This document shows, in pieces, positions 52,401 to 61,326 of a DNA stretch of 64,000 bases. A model generated the notes under the pieces. It was not told where the DNA came from. It ran no database searches and saw only the letters and a program-made list of their open reading frames with translations. The position numbers were made by a program, and so were the translations under genes. Source of the stretch: a virus (taxonomy: Duplodnaviria; Caudoviricetes); the IMG/VR virus record IMGVR_UViG_3300020045_009164, positions 1-64,000 of that record; one strand, written 5' to 3'. Each line of letters begins with the position of its first letter. Within the stretch, counting starts at the first letter, position 1.

Positions 52401-55400
52401 AGATTTTCCTCTGCTTGATCAGACAAGTTTGCTGTGTCAACTAAGCCACCATCTTGGTTGATACCGGACGCCAGAGAGATGTGACCCATCTTTATGCCAC
52501 TATCGTTTAGCTGCTTGTATAGTTCCTTTGTTGCTCCTCCAAAAGTATTTCCCAAGGTCCACAGCATACCTGCGGCAGTTACAGCTGTGCCTAGTCCTTC
52601 AACCAGCGTAGCTAGAGCAGACCCAGCCCCGATTTCTATTCCAAGTTCTGCGGCTACTGGAGTTACAACATTTTCCATTATGTATTCACCTAGTGGCTTG
52701 ATAATGTTATCTTTCACTAGATCTTTTACAAAACTCTTGGTCAAACCAGCCAACAAATCCACAGCTATGTTACTACTTCCATCGCCGCTTCCTGTAGAAC
52801 CACCAGAGGCGAAGTTCTGTACCCCTCCAGTTCTCATGGCTTCAAGGAGGTCGTAGTATTTAGCCGTCTGTTCTGGAGGCATGATAAACTCACCACCCAT
52901 AGCCATTACTCTCTTGCCTTCTACTGTGCCGAGATACAGATCGTCTTTGGTTCCTGACCCACCTTGGATAAGTCCATAAGCTCCTCGTTTACCTTTGCCT
53001 CCGGTAGTCCCACCATCTGCGAAAACATCTGTGTAATCTCCAGTATCGCCCCAATCAATATCAGTCCAGTCACCAGTGTCCCAGTTCCAGCCGTTGTCGC
53101 TATCATCCCACCAGTCATCACTGCTGCTATCTCCACTGTTGAAGAAGCCATCATACCAGCTACTTCCACCACTACCGCTACCACTACCACCGACTACATC
53201 ACCCACCATTCCAGCTATGTTAGCCAACCCCCACTGGACAATCATCTGAGCTATCATATCAATGAACTTCTTGAGCATTGCGTCACACAGACTTTCCCAG
53301 GCGTCGTCGATCTTATCCCACACTGTTTCTGTCTGGTCAGCGTACTCATTGTTGAGCTTATCCAGATCATCAAGAGTCTGCTCATACAGCTTGGCGTATT
53401 CTTCAGGAGACATTTCCTCTTTGGCTTTATCAAGGTAGGTGTCAAGGTTAGACATGTAGTCCTGGAAAGCCTCTTCATTACCAGACATGGCGTCTTTCAG
53501 AGTGGAGTCGTATTCATTACGGAGGTACTCCAGCTGCGCCATACCTGATTCAAGGGCGTCGTATTGGAGTTGGTTTATCTTGTCGTCTATTGAATCCATC
53601 TCGTCGTCAAATGGATTTTCAAAATCTCCTTTTACTATGTCAAAGGTTACGTCTGAGAGGGCATTTGTTAACTCACTCTTGAGAGTTTGGGCCATCTCAT
53701 AACCTACTTTACCAAAGGTTATCAAGTCCTTAGTAGCAGTTTTGAGTCCAACCATGAAGCCGTCAAAGATGTTGTCACCGAGTTTGGCTCTGGCGATTTC
53801 AATCATCTCCTCCTTTAAGAGTTTGGCTTTTTCCGTCAATTCCTTTATAACTTCTGGGCTGTTCTTGCTGTCCCTGATCTTGTCAAAAAGTTTGTCGAAT
53901 TGATCATTGATGTCAGCTATTTCTTGTTCTAACTCACTCAGCCCACCTATACCAGCGTCCCTAGCCATCTCGTCCAGGGCTTCATTGAACTCGTTTACAG
54001 CCTCTGTTTTCTTGGCGTCGGCGTCAGTTTTCTTAGCATCTAGATTAAGTATCTTCCTCATCATGGCTTCGTAGCTAAGACCAGTCAGAATGTCTGCTTC
54101 CAGAGTCTTGCCTAGCTTATTCTCTATCTCAACAATCTCTTTCCTATAGAAATCCTTTATCGCAGCAAGTCTAGCATCATAGGTAGCGTCACCAGAATCT
54201 TCCAGTTGGTCAAGGAGCCCCTGCTGCTTATTGAGGAAGTAATCGTTTGCTTCGTCAGTGAGGGTCTGGTTCTTGATGTTGTAGGCTTGAGTACTAGCGG
54301 TGAGAGCAGCGTATTTCTCTTCATAAGAACCTTTGGAGTTCTCTATGAACATCTTTTCGTCATTGTACTGTTCTAACAAACTCTGCTTCTTATCAGCAGT
54401 TGACTTCACCTCAGAATTGGCGATGAAGGTATTGAGTTCATTGGTGAGATTTATGAGCTTCTGGTTGCTGTCAGCAGCACTGTCAGCCCGCTTGGTGTAA
54501 CTGGCACTAACTTTGTCCAACTTAGCAACAAGGCTCTCATCAAGAGACTTCGACAGCTTTATAACAGCAGCTTCGTCAAGACCAGCTGCTTTAGCAGCGG
54601 CTATCATAGCAGCAGCTTCTATCTCATGTTCTGCTGTGACTTTCTTCAAAGCCTTCTCATGCTCTGACAGACCTTGTTGCGCAACAAGCAACTGCATTTT
54701 ATTGTAGTCGGTAAGCTCCTTGCCTTTCAGAGAAGCAGCGTGGTCTTTGACAGACTTCGTGGCTTTGTCAGCAGCAGTAGCGTAGGCCCCAAAGTTGTCT
54801 TTCATTTCGTTGAGTCTGCTATCTTCTATCTCTTTATTCAGTTCAGACAACTGTTTCTTTATAGCTGTATAGGCAAGTTGGGCGTCTGTTAAAGAGGTGG
54901 TGTCCCCGAAATCATCGCTTGGGGCACTTGCCTTTTCCAGGTCAGCTATAGTGCTAGCCAGTTTAGCAGCCATAGTCTCAAGGGCTTCTGCCTTCTCTTG
55001 AACTGTAGCTGCTCTCTTCTCTGACCCTGCAAGACTCAACTCCAGAACCTTTACCTCGTCACCCATCGCCTTAGCATATAGCATCTCCCAGCCGTAGCGG
55101 GCCTTAATGACCATATCTAGGAAGCCAGCCACCATGTCCATGTTAGCAGCTGAAATGAGGTCACGCTGGAAAACAGCTAGCATCTCTTCCCACAGTGCTT
55201 TAGTCTCGCGGGCTACTTTGGCGGTTACTTCCTGCAAGAAAGTGACACCTTTGGCAGATTGCTCTACCTTAGCAGTCATATCAGTAAAGCCTGAGCCAAG
55301 TTTCTCTATTTCATCTACAAGTACACTGAATCCTTTAATGTTTCTGAGATCAGTTAAAGCACCCATAAGCTTGAGCTTGTCTTCTTTACCCAGAGAAGCG

Positions 55401-56560
55401 AGTATTTGACCAAGCTCAGTCATCTGCTCGTTCATAGACTTTATGGTGCCGTCAGCTCTAAAGGCGCTGAAAGTGACTCCCAACTCCTTCATGGCATCTC
55501 TGGCTGCTTCAGTCGGGCTAGCCAACCTGAGGAAAGTAGTTGTCAGAGCCGTACCAGCTTTGCTGCTCTCAATACCTTTGTTGGCTAGAACTGCCAGAGC
55601 AGCAGCAACTTCTGAAAGCTCAAATCCTAGTGTTGCCCCCAAAGGCGCGGTGTAGGACATGGCAGTACCCATTTCATGGATACCAGTAGCAGAGTATGTG
55701 GCAGCGTAAGCTATTTTATTGGCTACCTCGGCATATGTTTCACCAAAGGCGTTAGCCTGGGCTACAACCAACTTGGTTGCTTCTTTCATCTCAATCTCAC
55801 CAAGTGTAGCAAAGCGAGACATCTCCCCCATGTCTTTCATGGCGGCAGAAGCAGAAGCACCAGCTTTGACAAACTCCTGCAAGCCAGCTGCTAGCTCTAC
55901 TGGAGTAGACCTCAAACCTCTTAACTCCAGCAGCTCGTCTCTAATTTCCCCTGCTGACATTGCTGCTTTACCTTGTTCCTCATCTAGGATCGAGGTCATC
56001 TTAGCAGCGTAGCTAAAAGCTGCGCCCTGTTTAACGGCCTCAGCAGCCACCCCCACAGCAACAAAACCAGCCATCAAGGGGATTATGTTTCCGTAGGTCA
56101 TCCACAGCTGGCCCATCGCTCCGCTGGCTCCACGAAGGGCGCTGTGGAGATTCTTGTTAGAGGTAGAGTATGTGTTTGTGGCGGTAGTAGCCTGAGCTGA
56201 AGCAGAAGCTTGATTCTTTAGTGCCGTGATTTGAGTATTGAGGGCAGTATTAGTGCTTACCAGTTGCCCTTGTAAGGATCTGTTAGCGGCAGTGAGGTTG
56301 GTAACTTGGCCGGTTAGTGTAGCAAGTTGAGCCTGTGCTGAATTTAAAACAGTTGTCTGGTGTTGGAGTGCTGAGGTAGTAGTAGCCAGTTGGCCTTGTA
56401 CAGACTTGTATGCTTTCTCCAGCCCCTGACTTTCAAGATACTGCTTCCCCAAAGCTTGGGTAAGCGTATCAACTCTGGTGGCCATATTACCAAAAGCTTG
56501 CTCCAACTGGGAAATCTTTTGTTGGGAGCTACCTGTGTCAACATTGAGTTCAATGGCCAT
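49442..56560 (-). CDS. tail tape measure protein (TP901-like core), 2372 aa
   Basis: Ala-rich helical; LAVLANKGIESSKAGTAL core motif; follows the frameshifting chaperone. Confidence 0.92.
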   Translation of the reverse strand: MAIELNVDTGSSQQKISQLEQAFGNMATRVDTLTQALGKQYLESQGLEKAYKSVQGQLATTTSALQHQTTVLNSAQAQLATLTGQVTNLTAANRSLQGQLVSTNTALNTQITALKNQASASAQATTATNTYSTSNKNLHSALRGASGAMGQLWMTYGNIIPLMAGFVAVGVAAEAVKQGAAFSYAAKMTSILDEEQGKAAMSAGEIRDELLELRGLRSTPVELAAGLQEFVKAGASASAAMKDMGEMSRFATLGEIEMKEATKLVVAQANAFGETYAEVANKIAYAATYSATGIHEMGTAMSYTAPLGATLGFELSEVAAALAVLANKGIESSKAGTALTTTFLRLASPTEAARDAMKELGVTFSAFRADGTIKSMNEQMTELGQILASLGKEDKLKLMGALTDLRNIKGFSVLVDEIEKLGSGFTDMTAKVEQSAKGVTFLQEVTAKVARETKALWEEMLAVFQRDLISAANMDMVAGFLDMVIKARYGWEMLYAKAMGDEVKVLELSLAGSEKRAATVQEKAEALETMAAKLASTIADLEKASAPSDDFGDTTSLTDAQLAYTAIKKQLSELNKEIEDSRLNEMKDNFGAYATAADKATKSVKDHAASLKGKELTDYNKMQLLVAQQGLSEHEKALKKVTAEHEIEAAAMIAAAKAAGLDEAAVIKLSKSLDESLVAKLDKVSASYTKRADSAADSNQKLINLTNELNTFIANSEVKSTADKKQSLLEQYNDEKMFIENSKGSYEEKYAALTASTQAYNIKNQTLTDEANDYFLNKQQGLLDQLEDSGDATYDARLAAIKDFYRKEIVEIENKLGKTLEADILTGLSYEAMMRKILNLDAKKTDADAKKTEAVNEFNEALDEMARDAGIGGLSELEQEIADINDQFDKLFDKIRDSKNSPEVIKELTEKAKLLKEEMIEIARAKLGDNIFDGFMVGLKTATKDLITFGKVGYEMAQTLKSELTNALSDVTFDIVKGDFENPFDDEMDSIDDKINQLQYDALESGMAQLEYLRNEYDSTLKDAMSGNEEAFQDYMSNLDTYLDKAKEEMSPEEYAKLYEQTLDDLDKLNNEYADQTETVWDKIDDAWESLCDAMLKKFIDMIAQMIVQWGLANIAGMVGDVVGGSGSGSGGSSWYDGFFNSGDSSSDDWWDDSDNGWNWDTGDWTDIDWGDTGDYTDVFADGGTTGGKGKRGAYGLIQGGSGTKDDLYLGTVEGKRVMAMGGEFIMPPEQTAKYYDLLEAMRTGGVQNFASGGSTGSGDGSSNIAVDLLAGLTKSFVKDLVKDNIIKPLGEYIMENVVTPVAAELGIEIGAGSALATLVEGLGTAVTAAGMLWTLGNTFGGATKELYKQLNDSGIKMGHISLASGINQDGGLVDTANLSDQAEENLQALNNQLSNFEAISLSTADGIMIAAEAVVNGGTGVVDSMDWNMQIYDQSTKAWVDSRKVWEDMMATMEELNPTTRAAAEAAAEYAAELAGFPSAADEVAIAFEMMKTGTTDFADFATSAAEDIVYDTTTIMAGAYGWSEDAYDADEGGNWFEKDPSTLVWDDTYNDKWGHAAGGWLGKNTQGGWIKQGSGYEDDVYLGSAGNTDHYGMGGEFVVNKKSAKKYAALLGRINKDFAGGGSTATQEAIDAITSLSAAYVSTSGIEDALSAVEDAADMLRFSGVSDYIRELTETKESYAEQIAMLKGVAGAEEDLAIIRAAEELAIQELIDANREEIDSLKEDSQRLVDEQTISDLDLSLQDLNKSYDETIEEMNDLVASQEDLAVVEAARAIAIQDLYDANREDIDNILESSKELIDSETVSDLDMALRDLNKSFDDTNEELVELSATEADLAVLEAARAIALQDLYDANREDIDAILEDSKEMFDTANMSDLDIALKDLNESYDKAIENLKELSATEEDLALIEAARVMEIKDLRAEYELDRLDGLSNMLESVMATIDSMDLTDYEQSVQAVNKALEESVAAAIELEASEAELSALRTQAALELWQLDINELEKKADEAQTALSGAFDVLKEAASLDYESNVQALEDAFDSLMESLNTSLDEASDSLANTEDALSSVTSAIEKMFADELLADLSFANAQADLLRRSQTGDISEGLDETVSSATDFNKDKYATAVDYQRSFLRTSIMLDDLKGAAETQLTLDEQMVASLEAQIAQAETQYDADVLAEEERYEAYLEAYDDQLNAILGVEEVAELSLEEAQKQFEAQQEVALAANTLFEEQRDLLLEQVALTRGYLTALQAANAAAARAAEESAEILLVTDPVQDRPSISVDPVINGFATGGNFVASGPAGDDNLEFPGLRLTAGEMVNVSTKDVMEEVGFSMKELIQEVRAMRAEAKANAFAIAKNTAATATKLKDWDGNGMPDTRTI
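50620..51550 (-). repeat. 69 aa (207 bp) tandem repeats in the tape measure, about 4.5 units
   Basis: LD.AL.DLN.S.D...EDLA..EAARAIA.QDLYDANREDID units; boundaries approximate. Confidence 0.85.
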
Positions 56561-56563
56561 CTA

Positions 56564-57345
56564 CTACCTCTTCTTATAGGAGTTCTGCAAAAACATATTA
56601 TCCAAGGTCTGAATAATATCCAGAAAATCAGAATCTTTGAGTACTTTAGCGACTCTCTGATTGTAACTTAGTAATGTTCCTAAGTCAATTGGATTAGGGC
56701 GGCGGATGGTATATACAGAGCCAGTCTTAGCTGGGACTACTTCAGCGTAATAGGAGCGGGATCTGGATAGGGCGTAGAAGTGCTGGAGGATTTCACTATA
56801 GCAGGGAACTAACACTGGCATGTTCCTCAAACCTTCTGGAGTTTTACCAGTGTTAGCCTGGAACTGGAGGAGGGTGGGGAGGTTTGCTCCCCACTCGTTC
56901 TCCCACTCTAGGAAGGTTATTAGATCTTTTTTACGTCTTCTACGTCAACCTCATCTGGGAAGTTTTTACGGTCCCCGCAGAAGTCCAGGCAGTCAGATCG
57001 GAAGTCTGGGTATTTGATGAGCATTTCTTTGGCAGCGTCTACCGAGTATGGGATTGGCTTGCCTTTGTCGGCTACGCCTTTGCCCCAACCAATGAGGACG
57101 GTTTCAGCAATCACTTCGCAGAAAATGCTGGTATCACGGAGGGCGTGAGCTTTCTCGTCTTGGGCCTTCAGGATCTCCAACATCTTCTTGTTGGCAAGCA
57201 GAGTAGCAGAGAGTCTGGTCTTGTAGAGATCATTGGGAATTCTGCGGAGAAGAACATAGTCCTCAGCTTCGGGACCGACTGCCATCTTCACTCCATCTTC
57301 GGCTTTTGTCTTTGAGTATCCATACGATTTGTGCAAATCAAACAT
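56564..57345 (-). CDS. tail assembly chaperone, -1 frameshift-extended form (gpGT-like)
   Basis: A AAA AAG at 56932-56926; the -1 frame is open through DLITFLEWENEWG... to the stop at 56564. Confidence 0.8.
56920..57345 (-). CDS. tail assembly chaperone (gpG-like)
   Basis: ETVLIGW...PYSVDAAKEML..YPDF pattern; upstream of the tape measure. Confidence 0.85.
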   Translation of the reverse strand: MFDLHKSYGYSKTKAEDGVKMAVGPEAEDYVLLRRIPNDLYKTRLSATLLANKKMLEILKAQDEKAHALRDTSIFCEVIAETVLIGWGKGVADKGKPIPYSVDAAKEMLIKYPDFRSDCLDFCGDRKNFPDEVDVEDVKKI

Positions 57346-57446
57346 TGTGTGTCTCCTTTTAAAAAGTGGTTGTTAAGTGTTACACTCTAGTGTATGGTTG
57401 TAACTATAAAGTAGTTCACTAAAAATATCAATAGGAGACTTAAGCC

Positions 57447-57620
57447 ATGAGTATTAAAAAGGGCAACCGTATCATCCCGGTAAATTTACCGATCTATCAC
57501 CAAAAAAAGCTTGAGATGGTGTGTCAGAAGTTGGGAGTCAGCAAGTCAGAACTCATCAAGAGATTGATTGAGGGGTATTCACTGTTCCAAGAACCTACGA
57601 AGGAGGATAAAAATGGCTAA
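57447..57620 (+). CDS. ribbon-helix-helix DNA-binding protein, 57 aa
   Basis: MSIKKGNRIIPVNLPIYHQKKLEMVCQKLGVSKSELIKRLIE...; AGGAG RBS. Confidence 0.75.
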   Translation: MSIKKGNRIIPVNLPIYHQKKLEMVCQKLGVSKSELIKRLIEGYSLFQEPTKEDKNG

Positions 57621-57882
57621 ATTAAAAGATGTGAGGAAGACGGACTGGTACAGAAACCTACCAAGAAAGGTAAAAGCCTCAGTAAGGCAGTTTCCACCTG
57701 AGGCTGTTGTCATGATAGTTAAAAGTGGAGTCATAGCCCATGTTGAGGCTTATGACTGCAAGGGTAGAATACAGTTGTTAATAGACCAAGCTGACAACAT
57801 GGGTATAGAGGTAGCTCAATTAGAACCTTACCTAGTTAACGGGTATGATCTGGAAGAACTGGAACTTATCTGTGAGGTGTGA
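57613..57882 (+). CDS. hypothetical protein (89 aa), coupled to the RHH gene
   Basis: AGGAGG RBS; 8 nt overlap. Confidence 0.75.
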   Translation: MAKLKDVRKTDWYRNLPRKVKASVRQFPPEAVVMIVKSGVIAHVEAYDCKGRIQLLIDQADNMGIEVAQLEPYLVNGYDLEELELICEV

Positions 57883-57887
57883 AGTAA

Positions 57888-57910
57888 TTGGCTCCCCAAA
57901 AGGGAGCCAA
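57888..57910. terminator. hairpin between convergent genes
   Basis: TTGGCTCCC/GGGAGCCAA. Confidence 0.7.
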
Positions 57911-57914
57911 CTAT

Positions 57915-58787
57915 TTAAAGTTGGAGAAGGCATTGAGCGTGTGACGGATGGCATTTTACGCATAGAAGGATGTGGCTGTCAGATGATATAGCTTCCTTAC
58001 CAAAGATAGAAACAGGCTTTGTATGGTGAAGCTGTAGACTTTTAGATGGTGTGTCTGAACCACATTTTTCACAAAATGTGTAGTTGAACGCGTCCATCTG
58101 TAAAGCTAGCAGAGCTTTTCTTACCTGTCGCTGACACCTTCTGGCTTCTTTGGTTTCGGAGTCTGGTACATATTGAGAGGAGCGTGGGTCGATTTGTACG
58201 TGAGGTTTGAACCCAAAGGTAGGACATAACTCCTTACACTCTTCACTGCAATAAAAATTCAACTCCCCTTTAGATTTACCAGTTAGCGCTTGTATCCTCT
58301 TATTAACCTGTCTACTTGTAGGGGTGAATCTTTCGTTACAATATTTACAGACAACAGTTATTACTCCGTCAACAAACTCAGGCTCGTCTGTAACTGGCAA
58401 CTCCTTTATATACTTCTCTGATTTAGACGGTTTTCCAGATATGTCCCTCAGTTTCTCATTTAATATAGCTCTGTTGGCAGCACGGTAGTTCTTTGCATAT
58501 TCCAGTTTAGGCTCTTTTTTATCTATATACCTAGCCTTGTGGTAAACAGATCTCTTGTCCTTATTCTTTACATAAGTCTTCTTTGCTATCTCCCTAGCTC
58601 TGTCTGGGTTTTCTTTAACCCATTTAGCAGACGCAGCTCTCTGCTTATCGCGGTTCTTTAACCCCCATTCATATTGGGCTATCTTAGCACACTCTTTACA
58701 CATAGCCCTCCTTGATTTCTTCTTAGAATTCAACCACCCGAAATCTTCGTCTTCCTTCTCAGCCCCACACTTAGTACAAATTTTCAT
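57915..58787 (-). CDS. HNH endonuclease with zinc-finger N-terminus
   Basis: CTKC..CKEC; C-terminal CEKCG...LQLHH...LLCVKCH. Confidence 0.85.
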   Translation of the reverse strand: MKICTKCGAEKEDEDFGWLNSKKKSRRAMCKECAKIAQYEWGLKNRDKQRAASAKWVKENPDRAREIAKKTYVKNKDKRSVYHKARYIDKKEPKLEYAKNYRAANRAILNEKLRDISGKPSKSEKYIKELPVTDEPEFVDGVITVVCKYCNERFTPTSRQVNKRIQALTGKSKGELNFYCSEECKELCPTFGFKPHVQIDPRSSQYVPDSETKEARRCQRQVRKALLALQMDAFNYTFCEKCGSDTPSKSLQLHHTKPVSIFGKEAISSDSHILLCVKCHPSHAQCLLQL

Positions 58788-58891
58788 AAGATACCTCTTG
58801 CTTAAATTTAGTAAGTAATGCTATAGTGATCATGCTAGTAAAAGCATAAGCCAAAAGTAGCATTAACTCAACTAAAAACTTAGGAGATATT

Positions 58892-59080
58892 ATGAAATTT
58901 TTAGAGTTTAAAGAAAAGACTGGGTACTCTTACAGGGAGATATCTGAAGGGACAGGCATACCAGGGAGATCTTTACAGAGATTGTTTACAGAGAAGCCAG
59001 GAAGTATAAGTCTGAAGACAGCAAAGAAGATAGTGGATTGGAGTAGGGGTGAAGTTTCTTTCTGCGATCTATGTGAGTAG
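58892..59080 (+). CDS. Cro-like HTH protein, divergent from the HNH gene
   Basis: KEKTGYSYREISEGTGIPGRSLQRL; similar size and ending (GEVSF.DL) to 6510-6704 (DEVDF.SL). Confidence 0.75.
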   Translation: MKFLEFKEKTGYSYREISEGTGIPGRSLQRLFTEKPGSISLKTAKKIVDWSRGEVSFCDLCE

Positions 59081-59085
59081 AAACA

Positions 59086-59114
59086 ACTGGCTCCCTAAAC
59101 AGCAGGGAGCCAGT
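59086..59114. terminator. terminator after the tail tube gene (probably bidirectional)
   Basis: ACTGGCTCCCT/AGGGAGCCAGT; TTGTTT follows on the minus strand. Confidence 0.75.
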
Positions 59115-59124
59115 ATTCTATATC

Positions 59125-60327
59125 TTACAGAGCACCCATTACGTCGAAGGCAATCATAGAGCCTAACGTACTGTCGGAGCTTGTTTCCAGGTTAAAGGCC
59201 ATAAGTACATCACTGCCCGCCGCACCGCCATCAATACTAGCAGATGTGAGTTTAGCGCGAGGAATACTAAAGGCCAATCCATTGCCGTCAGCATCGGTAA
59301 CACACATAGACAAACTAATGGGTAAATCTGTTAATTGCTTGTTATAAAGAGCAGACGTAGCAGCCGTGCCAAAGAACACGCTACCGCTGCAAGTTATTGA
59401 AAAAGCGTCGAAAGCAATCCCAGAAGGAGCAAGACCACTGCCAAGGCACCTACGCTCTCTCGCGCCAGCACTTACATCCAGACTCAGGGAGGCAATACAC
59501 CCCTCACCCAAATCTGTACCATCAACCAGTGCGTGCGTACCAACCACCGTGTTATAGGTAGTCGAAACTGTAGCAGCAACAGCAGTAGCAATCCCTGGGA
59601 AAAGGGATGCCTCACCATGGACTTCGGGTTCTTTACACATAAAGCCGAAACTACCAGAAACTCTCTCTGAAGGAGAGTAGGAGAGATTCATTGACGTTAC
59701 ATAGGTATCACGGAAAGTAAAAAATTTGGCTACGTCCGCCAATTCACGCTCCAGTGTAAAAAATCTAGTTGTATCATTGCCTTGCTTATACCTTGTGCTT
59801 GAAATAATGCACTCGGAAGAAGTAGAGTCAGCACTAATATCCTTAACAACTGTCTCTACTACGATAGCAGTAGCCAGAGGAGCAGTAGTCAAACTGGCTC
59901 TATAGATACCGTTGTTGCCTGCTATGTTATCTCCAGCTATGCGAAACCATTGACCTTTTTCTAGAACAGGCAAGTTACCACCAGCAGACGAGATAATGTG
60001 GGTGGCCTTGGTCATGACTAGATCAGTAACAGTTTTAGTACCCCCCACTGCTACAGGGACAGGATCATCAGCCAACAGAGCCGACAAGAATTCCTCATGT
60101 GTCCCATGGGACCAGTTAATGTTAATGGAACCAGCAACAGAGCCGGATACCAAGGTGGAATCACCACGGCCACGATCTGCCCGCAACTCGTTGTCAGGGG
60201 AACTTGAGGTGGTCTGGGTGATAGCCCCACCAGTAACACGCCAAGTTTGGGGATTACCTGACTCAATGACTCCAGGGTCCTGCTGCTCTAAAAACCGCCA
60301 GACTGTACTAGATGAACTTGATGGCAT
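59125..60327 (-). CDS. major tail tube protein
   Basis: 400 aa; position and composition; ELRADR..GSV.G.INI; FFTLERE..D motifs. Confidence 0.8.
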   Translation of the reverse strand: MPSSSSSTVWRFLEQQDPGVIESGNPQTWRVTGGAITQTTSSSPDNELRADRGRGDSTLVSGSVAGSININWSHGTHEEFLSALLADDPVPVAVGGTKTVTDLVMTKATHIISSAGGNLPVLEKGQWFRIAGDNIAGNNGIYRASLTTAPLATAIVVETVVKDISADSTSSECIISSTRYKQGNDTTRFFTLERELADVAKFFTFRDTYVTSMNLSYSPSERVSGSFGFMCKEPEVHGEASLFPGIATAVAATVSTTYNTVVGTHALVDGTDLGEGCIASLSLDVSAGARERRCLGSGLAPSGIAFDAFSITCSGSVFFGTAATSALYNKQLTDLPISLSMCVTDADGNGLAFSIPRAKLTSASIDGGAAGSDVLMAFNLETSSDSTLGSMIAFDVMGAL

Positions 60328-60346
60328 ACTAAGCTCCTTTTAAATT

Positions 60347-60760
60347 TTATACATTGAAGTAGTCAATATCAAACGCCAAATAGTTCATCACACCATCGAA
60401 CCCTGGCTTACCTTTGTTGTCGTATGGTAGCACACTGTAGAAATTAATACCACTTAAATTCTTGTATCCGAAATAACTATAGAGCATATCTGAGTAATCA
60501 GTAAAAAGCTTCTCACCCTTACCAGCCCTAGCGTAGTGATTTAGTATTAATGCTCCAGCCACTTCCAAATCTGCTCTGGCATGAATACCCATCGTCTGTG
60601 ATTTCCAGGAAATCTCCACCCCAACAAAAGGATTGACAGAGTGTTCTACATCAGTCCTCCACGCTTTTGGGTAGTTAACTTCCATGGTTGGGTAGTTAGC
60701 ATCGTGGAAACTCTTCACAAGAGTCACTAGCTTAACCCTGGTTGATTCATATGGATTCAT
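60347..60760 (-). CDS. tail terminator-like protein
   Basis: Synteny just before the tube gene; size. Confidence 0.6.
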   Translation of the reverse strand: MNPYESTRVKLVTLVKSFHDANYPTMEVNYPKAWRTDVEHSVNPFVGVEISWKSQTMGIHARADLEVAGALILNHYARAGKGEKLFTDYSDMLYSYFGYKNLSGINFYSVLPYDNKGKPGFDGVMNYLAFDIDYFNV

Positions 60761-61326
60761 GATTTAGCCCTGAAAGCGTGAAACTCTGGAGAGTCGTAGA
60801 TTATGGTCTTGTTGGCCAGTGACTGCATCTGAGCAGCAGCTTGCGCCATAGCGTGAGCGCCCTCTTTATTCCCATCCCGTAGCTCCCCTGCCTCAAGACT
60901 CTCAACAATCTCAGAGTCTTCAAACCTGTTGTATATGGTTACCTCCTGTAACCACCCTGAGGACTTTTTTATGTGAGCGGTAAGGTTCTTTACGATGTTG
61001 GGGTTTTCCTTCCTGGCTATATAGACAGCAGCCATATTACCACGAATAAAGACATCTTGAATGTTTTGCTTGTGTGGAAAGTACTCCACTCCACCCTTGT
61101 TACCGCCATACGCTCCAGCTCTAACGGCCATATTAGCCACAAAGTTACCAGTGTACTGAGGAGCGTTCAGGAGCAGATCATCAAAGGCCACAGCGATCAT
61201 ACCAGCCATGCACTCAGCAACTTCTTTTCTGATGTTCATCTGTTTGGAGAGCATCTTGGCAGTCTTCCTACCTCCACTCACACCCGAGATGTCAACGCCG
61301 TCTATCTTAATGGATATATCCATCAT
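60757..61326 (-). CDS. tail completion or neck protein
   Basis: Synteny; APQYTGNFVAN motif. Confidence 0.6.
   Translation of the reverse strand: MMDISIKIDGVDISGVSGGRKTAKMLSKQMNIRKEVAECMAGMIAVAFDDLLLNAPQYTGNFVANMAVRAGAYGGNKGGVEYFPHKQNIQDVFIRGNMAAVYIARKENPNIVKNLTAHIKKSSGWLQEVTIYNRFEDSEIVESLEAGELRDGNKEGAHAMAQAAAQMQSLANKTIIYDSPEFHAFRAKS

Noticed and set aside
28806-56560. Numerous 60-200 aa antisense or nested ORFs in the track (inside polA, sbcC, ligase, tape measure and others)
   Set aside because: They are shadow frames of long genes, with Ser/Ala/Leu-rich composition, no RBS and no motifs.
56564-56830. Independent 88 aa gene from the ORF track
   Set aside because: Better explained as the -1 frameshift extension of the tail chaperone.
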